NCBI GenBank assembly: GCA_963793105.1
Contig: CAWBZB010000004.1
Location: 156,210 to 220,209 of the forward strand
Length of the DNA: 64,000 bases
Reading direction: 5' to 3'
Source of the DNA: an uncultured bacterium
Lineage (GTDB): Bacteria > Actinomycetota > Actinomycetes > S36-B12
Both the position numbers and the translations under genes were made by a program. The notes under the pieces are model-generated. The model saw only the letters and a program-made list of their open reading frames with translations, did no database searches and was not told the DNA's origin. Below, piece after piece: positions 28,913 to 35,397 of the stretch (the stretch's first letter is position 1; each line of letters begins with the position of its first letter).

Positions 28913-29837
28913 CTGCGGGCAGCGGTCCCGATGCCCGCAGGTTCCACGACGGGCCCGACCCCCGTCAGCAGCCGGAGGGCCAACCTGACCTCGTCGAGGG
29001 TCGACCCCCACGGAACGACGGCACTGTCTCCGTCGCGCTCGACGCCACGTTCGAGCAGGCAGCACTTGGTCAGCACCAGCGTGCCATGCTCGATCTCCGC
29101 TGCTCGGCGGTTCGGGCACAGGTCCACCTGAGGCGGCTGGTCGCCGTAGAAGTGTCGGTGGAACTGCAACGCAGCGCTCGCACCCGATCAGCGTCCAGTC
29201 CTCGCGGCGCTCAGGTCGGGTGTCGAGGAAGGAGACCTCGCCGGGCAGACCACGCCTGAGCCGCGGCAGGGAAGCAGGTAGCCCGCGGCAGGGTGGTCCC
29301 GTGCCATGAGACGTATGTCCACGGCGTCGAGCACGAGATCTATCGGCGGCAGCTCGTCATCGAATTCGAGGGCCTGCCTTGCCATCTCAAGCAGCTTGGC
29401 CGGTTCCGGCGGGACCACCTCGGTGACGACGATGCGCACGGGCAACGGCCGCCAGATGACGTTGACGTGCTCGTACCTGCCTTTGACCGCATACGCATCG
29501 ACATCGTCACGGCCGAGCGCCCGGCCGCGGCCGCCAGGGCGGTTGCGTTGCCGACGTCGGTGCTCGCGTCCTCGATCCATGCCGTGCGATCCGGTGCCGC
29601 GAGAACACGTGCCTCCGTGACCGGCGAGAAGAGCGGCTCGAAGGACTCCTTGAGCACTGCCACGAGGGCGTGGTCGTCGCCGTTGGCGAGGAGCAGCCAC
29701 TCAGTGCGCCGGTAGACCTCGCGGCCGATCAGGTACTCAAGGATCGCCGACTCGTCAGCCAAGGGGATCTCGACCTCCTGCATCGACAGGCCGCGGTAGG
29801 GGCGAGTGATGCTGTTGGGAGGCGGGGTCGGGATCAC
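28909..29837 (-). pseudogene. unrecognised Cys-rich protein embedded in the CoM biosynthesis operon; about three frame disruptions including an in-frame TGA at 29188-29190
   Basis: Fragments are ORF 29340..29837 (GTG start, MIPTPPPN...EYLIGREVYRRTEWLLLANGDDHALVAV...), ORF 29188..29700 (...VDAYAVKGRYEHVNVIWRPLPVRIVVTEVVPPEPAKLLEMARQALEFDDELPPIDLVLDAV...) and ORF 28909..29169 (FHRHFYGDQPPQVDLCPNRRAAEIEHGTLVLTKCCLLERG...). A high-GC3 alternative frame, LPGEVSFLDTRPERREDWTLIGCERC, bridges the last two. The stop overlaps the next ATG (ATGA). Confidence 0.55.
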
Positions 29838-29850
29838 TCGTCAGATCCTG

Positions 29851-30627
29851 TCACGTGAGGGTGGCGAGTCGGGCCACGGAGGCCGTGTCGGCACGCAGGC
29901 CCAGGCGCAGCGTCTCGAGGGGCAGCACCTCGTCCGGAGGGATGTTCCCGAGATTCACCTCGGGCCCGATCGTGCGCACGAACCAGGCCTGCTGGGCCTT
30001 GTGGGGCGCCTCGAAGATGATGCGATCGACAGGAATCCGACTGGTGAGCGTGTCGATGAGCGTGTCACGTACCGCTCCGTCCCCGAGGTAGATGCCGACG
30101 TTGCCGCTCTCGCGGCCCTCGGCGATCACCCACTGAGCACCCGCCTGCAGATCGGACTCCATCTCGGCGAGCCACTCCGCGGGAACCACAGGAGTGGCGG
30201 CATCCTTCGAGCCCACTTCAGCGGCGACCACGAAGTCCTCGCTGAGCGTGCGGATCAGCTCCTCCTTGCGGGCGGCATCAAGGGCGCCGAGACCGTTGGA
30301 CACCTCCACGGCGGTGATGCCACTGGCCAGGGCCCAGTCGCGCAGCTCCCCGATCCGGCCCTGCGCCGCCGCGATCTCGAGCAGGGTGCCCCCGAGGCTC
30401 ACCAGCACGCCGGCCTCGCGATACGCCGTCACGCGTTCGAACAGGCGAGGATCGACATAGCCGATACCCCACCCGATCTTGACGATGTCGATGAGCCCCG
30501 CCGTGCTCTCAAGGTGGTCCCGCGTGGAAGCCAACCCCAGGCCCTTGTCCAGCACATGCGTGAGTCCCCTGGTCCGGGGCTTGGACTGGCGGGGTGGCAG
30601 CTCGAAGGTACGTCGGTGGGCCCACAT
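29851..30627 (-). CDS. comA: phosphosulfolactate synthase (ComA family; PEP + sulfite), first step of CoM biosynthesis
   Basis: ORF 29851..30627, intact. ATG follows aaggaga. THVLDKGLG...IDIVKIGWGIGYV...VSLGGTLLE...VEVSNG pattern of the ComA (PF02679) family. Confidence 0.85.
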   Translation of the reverse strand: MWAHRRTFELPPRQSKPRTRGLTHVLDKGLGLASTRDHLESTAGLIDIVKIGWGIGYVDPRLFERVTAYREAGVLVSLGGTLLEIAAAQGRIGELRDWALASGITAVEVSNGLGALDAARKEELIRTLSEDFVVAAEVGSKDAATPVVPAEWLAEMESDLQAGAQWVIAEGRESGNVGIYLGDGAVRDTLIDTLTSRIPVDRIIFEAPHKAQQAWFVRTIGPEVNLGNIPPDEVLPLETLRLGLRADTASVARLATLT

Positions 30628-30678
30628 GGTCTCCTTGCGCTGACGGCGGATCGTGCGAGGACGACGCTAGGGCGGGTT

Positions 30679-30707
30679 GTCCTGTGAGGACTCCGTCCTC
30701 TGAGGAC
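30679..30707. promoter_or_regulatory. two tandem perfect palindromes GTCCT-N3-AGGAC (putative operators) in the divergent comA / reductase-operon promoter
   Basis: gtcctgtgaggac at 30679-30691 and gtcctctgaggac at 30695-30707, with a 16-bp repeat period. They sit in the 163-bp divergent intergenic region 30628-30790. Confidence 0.55.
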
Positions 30708-30790
30708 TGACAATGGACCTTACTTAGCACCTTCAGGTCATGTGGCTGGCGCGGCTCCGCGCCTAGGTTCCCCGATGACAAGGAGGAACA

Positions 30791-32128
30791 GTGGCGGACA
30801 GGCTGGTCGTGGTGGGTGGTGGCGCGGCCGGTATGTCCGCGGCGTCGGCGGCCCGCCGAACGGATCCCGCCCGTGAGATCACGGTTCTGGAGTCCGGACC
30901 CTTCCCGTCCTACGGGGTCTGCGGCATCCCCTACTACATCAGCGGGGTCGTTCCCGATCCGATGGCGCTGGTCTCGCATCCCGCCGAGGAGTTCCGGGAC
31001 CGCCGGCGCATCGACCTGAGACTGGAGACGTCGATCGCGTCCATCGACCTCACAGGGCAGGTGGTGACCACCGCGGCTGGGGAGCCGCTCGGATTCGACA
31101 CCCTGGTCCTCGCGCTCGGAGCCCGACCGATCGTGCCGCCCATCCCCCGGGTCGATCATCCGCGGGTCGTGACCATCAGACGCCTGGACGATGCGATCGC
31201 GCTGCGGGGAATCCTGGGAGACGTGCGTCGTGCGGTCGTGATCGGAGCTGGCTACGTGGGGCTCGAGATGGCCGAGTCGCTCTGCGCGGCCGGCATACAG
31301 GTGACCGTGGCCGATCGCCTGCCCCGGGTCATGTCGACCCTTGACGTCGAGGTCGCCGAGATCGTCGAAGAAGAGGTGCGTCGGCACGCCGAACTGATGC
31401 TTTCCAGTTCCCTGATTGCTGTTCACGACCGTGGCGAGGGTCTGACCGTCGAGTTCGCGGATCGATCCGTCGACGCCGACCTCGTCGTCCTCGCACTCGG
31501 TGTACAGCCGCAGACCGACCTCGTCCGCGGGCAGGTGGAGATGACACCCGCCGGAGCGATCCTCGTGAATCGGACGATGAGCACCTCCGTGCCTGGAGTC
31601 TTCGCCGCTGGCGACTGTGTCGCGCTCGAGCACCGGGTCCTGAGGGCACCGGCGTACGTTCCTCTCGGTCCGGCGGCGAACAAGACGGGCCGGGTGGCGG
31701 GCACGGTTGCCGCCGGTGGCTCGGCGACGTTCGGCGGAATCGTGGGCACCGCGGTCGCGAAGGTGTTCGACCTCACGGTCGCGCACACGGGGCTGACGCT
31801 CGCCGATGCGCGCGCGGCCGGCCTGTCGGCCATGGCGACGGACGTGACGGCCAAGTCGCGAGCCAAGTACTACCCGGGGACCGAGCCCGTCCGGGTGCGA
31901 CTTGTGCACACGGAGGCCGGGCGGGTCCTCGGTGCGCAGATGGTCGGCCGCGATGGAGTCGCCCAGCGGATCGACGTGATCGCAACGGCCCTGCACGGCG
32001 AGATGACCATCGATGACATCGCTGCGCTGGATCTCGCCTACGCCCCCCCGTTCTCCCCCGTGTACGACCCCATCACCCAGGCCGCGTCCGCCGCTCAGTG
32101 GGCCATGGCCAAGGCCGGAGCCACATGA
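30791..32128 (+). CDS. CoA-disulfide-reductase/NADH-oxidase-family flavoprotein with a single redox Cys
   Basis: ORF 30791..32128. GTG follows aaggagga. VVVGGGAAG FAD motif, SYGVCGIPYY active-site Cys motif (CoADR/Npx type), second Rossmann VVIGAGYVGLE. Confidence 0.8.
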   Translation: MADRLVVVGGGAAGMSAASAARRTDPAREITVLESGPFPSYGVCGIPYYISGVVPDPMALVSHPAEEFRDRRRIDLRLETSIASIDLTGQVVTTAAGEPLGFDTLVLALGARPIVPPIPRVDHPRVVTIRRLDDAIALRGILGDVRRAVVIGAGYVGLEMAESLCAAGIQVTVADRLPRVMSTLDVEVAEIVEEEVRRHAELMLSSSLIAVHDRGEGLTVEFADRSVDADLVVLALGVQPQTDLVRGQVEMTPAGAILVNRTMSTSVPGVFAAGDCVALEHRVLRAPAYVPLGPAANKTGRVAGTVAAGGSATFGGIVGTAVAKVFDLTVAHTGLTLADARAAGLSAMATDVTAKSRAKYYPGTEPVRVRLVHTEAGRVLGAQMVGRDGVAQRIDVIATALHGEMTIDDIAALDLAYAPPFSPVYDPITQAASAAQWAMAKAGAT

Positions 32129-32847
32129 ACCGAGTTGCGATCGTCACGGGCGCCGGCAGCGGCATCGGCCGCGCGAGCAGCCTGCGACTGCAGAAAGACG
32201 GCATGACCGTGATCTCCCTCGACATCGACGTCGACGCTGCCGCGGAGGTGTCGCCTCACGCCTTGGCGCTGGACGTCTCCGATGCCGCACAGGTGGCCGA
32301 CGTCATGGCCGAGGTCCTCCACCGGTGGCCGCGCATCGATGTCCTCGTGAACAACGCGGGGATCACCGGGTCCGCGCAGGCGACAACGGCGCACGTCACG
32401 CCGATTGAGGAGTTCGACCGGGTCATGGCGGTGAACGTCCGCGGACCGTTCCTCTGCTCTCGTGCGGTGCTGGCGTCGATGATCGACGCGGGTGGCGGCC
32501 ACATCATCACGATTGCCTCGGCCGCGGGGATCGTCGCCTTCCCGGGTCGCTGCGCCTACACGACGTCCAAGGGCGCAGCCGTGCAGCTCGCGCGGTCGAT
32601 CGCCGTGGACTACGGCCGTATGGGCATCCGCTCCAACGCGATCTGCCCGGGGATGGTCGAGACCCCGATGACGCAGTGGCGTCTCGACCAGCCGGATCTG
32701 CGCGATCGCACCGAGAGCCAGATCCCCATGGGCCGGGTCGCCAGCCCCGACGAGATCGCCGACGTCGTCTCCGTCCTTGCATCAGGCCGAATGGGGTACG
32801 CCAACGGCGCCGCCCTGGTCATTGACGGCGGCTGGACCGCCTGGTGA
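32125..32847 (+). CDS. short-chain dehydrogenase/reductase, 2-hydroxypropyl-CoM dehydrogenase-like
   Basis: In ORF 32098..32847. ATG 32125 overlaps the upstream stop (ATGA). Begins MNRVAIVTGAGSGIG. NNAG motif and catalytic YTTSK. Confidence 0.75.
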   Translation: MNRVAIVTGAGSGIGRASSLRLQKDGMTVISLDIDVDAAAEVSPHALALDVSDAAQVADVMAEVLHRWPRIDVLVNNAGITGSAQATTAHVTPIEEFDRVMAVNVRGPFLCSRAVLASMIDAGGGHIITIASAAGIVAFPGRCAYTTSKGAAVQLARSIAVDYGRMGIRSNAICPGMVETPMTQWRLDQPDLRDRTESQIPMGRVASPDEIADVVSVLASGRMGYANGAALVIDGGWTAW

Positions 32848-32873
32848 CCACCACTCCAACGAAGGGAACCCCC

Positions 32874-33647
32874 ATGGCAGGCAGGCTCGAAGGCAAAGTC
32901 GCAATGATCACTGGAGCAGGATCCGGGATCGGCCGCGCGACCGCGGAACTCTTCGCACAGGAGGGAGCAGCCGTCGGGGTGCTCGACATCCGCGCCGACG
33001 CTGCCGGTGAGGTCGCCGCCGCAATCAGCGCCGCGGGCGGGCGGGCGATCGGCCTCGGGGCCGACGTGACCAAGGACGACCAGGTGCGGGCCGCTGGGAA
33101 CGAGGTGATCGCGACGTTCGGGGACATCTCCGTGCTGTACAACAACGCGGGGATCGGCAGCACCGGGGCAGTCGACGTCGCCGAGGAGGAGGACTGGGAT
33201 CGCTGCTTCGACATCAATGTCAAGGGCACCTTCCTGTGCTCCCGGGCGGTCGTGCCATCGATGCTGGCCGCCGGCGGAGGCTCGATCATCAACCAGGGCT
33301 CGGTGGCCGCCCTGGTGGGCGTCGCGAACTTCGCCGCGTACTGCGCCGCCAAGGGCGCCGTGGTTGCGCTCACCCGCTCGATGTCCGTCGACCTCGCCCC
33401 TCGTGGCATTCGCGTCAACGCGATCGCTCCGGGAACCGTCTACACGCCGCTGATGGAGCCGATGCTCACCGCTCGAGGCGGCGGCGACCTCGAGAAGGGT
33501 TTGGCGATGACCGTCGCCAAGTACCCGATCGGCCGACTCGGAAACCCTGAGGACATCGCGGCGGCGGCGCTCTTCCTGGCCAGCGACGAGGCAGCATTCG
33601 TGACCGGAGCGGTCCTCACGGCCGACGGCGGCATGACGACTCAGTAG
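32874..33647 (+). CDS. second short-chain dehydrogenase/reductase, 2-hydroxypropyl-CoM dehydrogenase-like paralogue
   Basis: In ORF 32844..33647. ATG 32874 follows aaggga and gives MAGRLEGKVAMITGAGSGIG. The alternative GTG 32844 overlaps the upstream stop. NNAG motif and catalytic YCAAK. Confidence 0.75.
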   Translation: MAGRLEGKVAMITGAGSGIGRATAELFAQEGAAVGVLDIRADAAGEVAAAISAAGGRAIGLGADVTKDDQVRAAGNEVIATFGDISVLYNNAGIGSTGAVDVAEEEDWDRCFDINVKGTFLCSRAVVPSMLAAGGGSIINQGSVAALVGVANFAAYCAAKGAVVALTRSMSVDLAPRGIRVNAIAPGTVYTPLMEPMLTARGGGDLEKGLAMTVAKYPIGRLGNPEDIAAAALFLASDEAAFVTGAVLTADGGMTTQ

Positions 33648-33657
33648 GGAGTACCCC

Positions 33658-34569
33658 ATGTTCCTCGACCCCGACAAGCGCGTCGACCTCGCGGCGGCGG
33701 CCGGCCATGTCCGCGACGGTGCCATCGTCGCCCTCGGCGGAGGACTCTCCGCCAGGCTGCCGATGGCCCTCGTGCGCGAGATGATCCGTCAAGGCCGACG
33801 CGACCTCCACGTCGTCGGCTCCGCCCACGGCATCGACGTCGACATGCTCATCGGTGCGGGCGCGATCGCGATCTGCGAGGAGAGCTACGTAGGCTTCGAG
33901 CAGGACTTCGGACTGGCGCCCGCGTACCGGCGGGCGGCGAGTGCCGGCACGATCACGCTCCGGGAGAGCTGCTGCGTCACAATCCTCACCCAGCTGAGGG
34001 CCGCGGAGATGGGCCTGCCGTTCCTCCCGGTGAGAGGCATCATGGGCACGGACATGAGGCGCCTTCACCCTGAATACGCACAGACCACCTGTCCCTTCAC
34101 CGGGGAGGTCCTCGTCGCTGTACCACCGCTGGCTCCCGACGTCGCACTCCTGCACGCGCCGATGGGCGACATGCACGGCAACCTGCACCTCGAGCAGCCC
34201 TACGTGCTCGACGAGAGGTTCGCGGGCGCGTCCCGGGCCGTGGTGGCCACAGTCGACCGGATCGTGTCCGCGGACACGCTGGCCGAGGCCGGGGTCACCA
34301 TCCCGGGCTACCTGGTCCAGGCGGTCGCGGAGGTTCCGTACGGGGCCCATCCGGCATCCTGCTATCCCGGCTATGCCTACGATCGCGAGCATGTGGGGGC
34401 GTACGTGGCAGCCGCCAGCAGCGACGAGTCGATCGGCGAGTACCTGCGCGAGTGGGTACTCCTGCCTGATGGCGAGGTCGGATACCGGGCGAAGGTCGGC
34501 GAGGCGAGTCTCGCCCGCATCGCCGGCTGGTCGGAGTCCATCAACGCATGGAAGGGGCTCTTCGCATGA
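33658..34569 (+). CDS. CoA-transferase subunit A (glutaconate-CoA-transferase GctA-like)
   Basis: ORF 33658..34569. ATG follows agggag. DGAIVALGGGLSARLPMALVREMIRQG...HVVGSAHG pattern of family I CoA-transferase alpha subunits. Confidence 0.75.
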   Translation: MFLDPDKRVDLAAAAGHVRDGAIVALGGGLSARLPMALVREMIRQGRRDLHVVGSAHGIDVDMLIGAGAIAICEESYVGFEQDFGLAPAYRRAASAGTITLRESCCVTILTQLRAAEMGLPFLPVRGIMGTDMRRLHPEYAQTTCPFTGEVLVAVPPLAPDVALLHAPMGDMHGNLHLEQPYVLDERFAGASRAVVATVDRIVSADTLAEAGVTIPGYLVQAVAEVPYGAHPASCYPGYAYDREHVGAYVAAASSDESIGEYLREWVLLPDGEVGYRAKVGEASLARIAGWSESINAWKGLFA

Positions 34570-35396
34570 CGTACACGCTGGACGAGTGGTTCGTCGTCGC
34601 GCTCTCGCGCACGATCCGCGACAGGGAGTCGGTCTTCCATGGGTTCGGCAGTCCGTGCGCCCAAGTGGCGATGCACGTGGCGAAGCGGACGCACGCTCGG
34701 GACATGCTGCTCATCGAGGGAGCGATGTACGCCCTCAACCCGGATCCCCCGTTCATCCCTCCAACGGGGAACGATGCGAGCCTGAAGCGGGGCGCTGCCT
34801 ACAGCATGCGTTTCGAGGAGTTCTTCGATGCCGCCATCCGAGGGGACATCGACCGGATGTTCCTGTCCGGCGGCCAGATCGACGCCTACGGCAACACCAA
34901 CGTGACAGTCATCGGGCCGCTCGAGCGCCCCAAGGTCAAGCTCGGTGGCGGAGGCGGCGGATGCAACATCTCGGCGACCATCCGCCGACTCACGTTGTGG
35001 ACCACCCGGCACCGGTCGGGTCGCACCCTGGTGGATGCCTGCGACTTCATCACAGACATCGGGCACCGGACGCCGGCCGGAACACGAGCCGAGCTCGGCT
35101 ATACCGGCGGCGGACCGCAGTGGCTGGTCACAGAGCTCGGCGTGTTCGACTACGACGCCGATGGTCGCGCGCGCCTGCTGCAGGTGTTCCCCGACGTGAC
35201 CGTCGACCTGATCAGGTCCGTGACGGGCTTCGACTTCACCGTGGTGGGGGATCTCCGCACGGTGCCGCCGCCTAGCGATGCCGAGCTTGCCGTGGTCCGC
35301 AGCATCGATCCACTCGGCGTGCGCCGGGGCGAGTTCGACGCGGGCGAGCTGGCCCGCACGTTCGAGCATGCGCACGGGGCCACCTGCGGCTGCTGA
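34566..35396 (+). CDS. CoA-transferase subunit B (GctB-like)
   Basis: In ORF 34548..35396. ATG 34566 overlaps the subunit A stop (ATGA). Begins MTYTLDEWFVVALSR. FLSGGQIDAYGNTN motif typical of beta subunits. Confidence 0.75.
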   Translation: MTYTLDEWFVVALSRTIRDRESVFHGFGSPCAQVAMHVAKRTHARDMLLIEGAMYALNPDPPFIPPTGNDASLKRGAAYSMRFEEFFDAAIRGDIDRMFLSGGQIDAYGNTNVTVIGPLERPKVKLGGGGGGCNISATIRRLTLWTTRHRSGRTLVDACDFITDIGHRTPAGTRAELGYTGGGPQWLVTELGVFDYDADGRARLLQVFPDVTVDLIRSVTGFDFTVVGDLRTVPPPSDAELAVVRSIDPLGVRRGEFDAGELARTFEHAHGATCGC

Positions 35397-35397
35397 G

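Noticed and set aside
29188-29190. In-frame TGA between two same-frame ORFs, considered as possible selenocysteine or programmed readthrough.
   Set aside because: - The residues flanking the TGA in that frame (ARSPSSTPDLSAARTGR*SGASAAL) look like wrong-frame translation.
- Another frame codes well across the site.
- No SECIS-like hairpin immediately downstream was evident.
- Two compensating indels are the simpler explanation.
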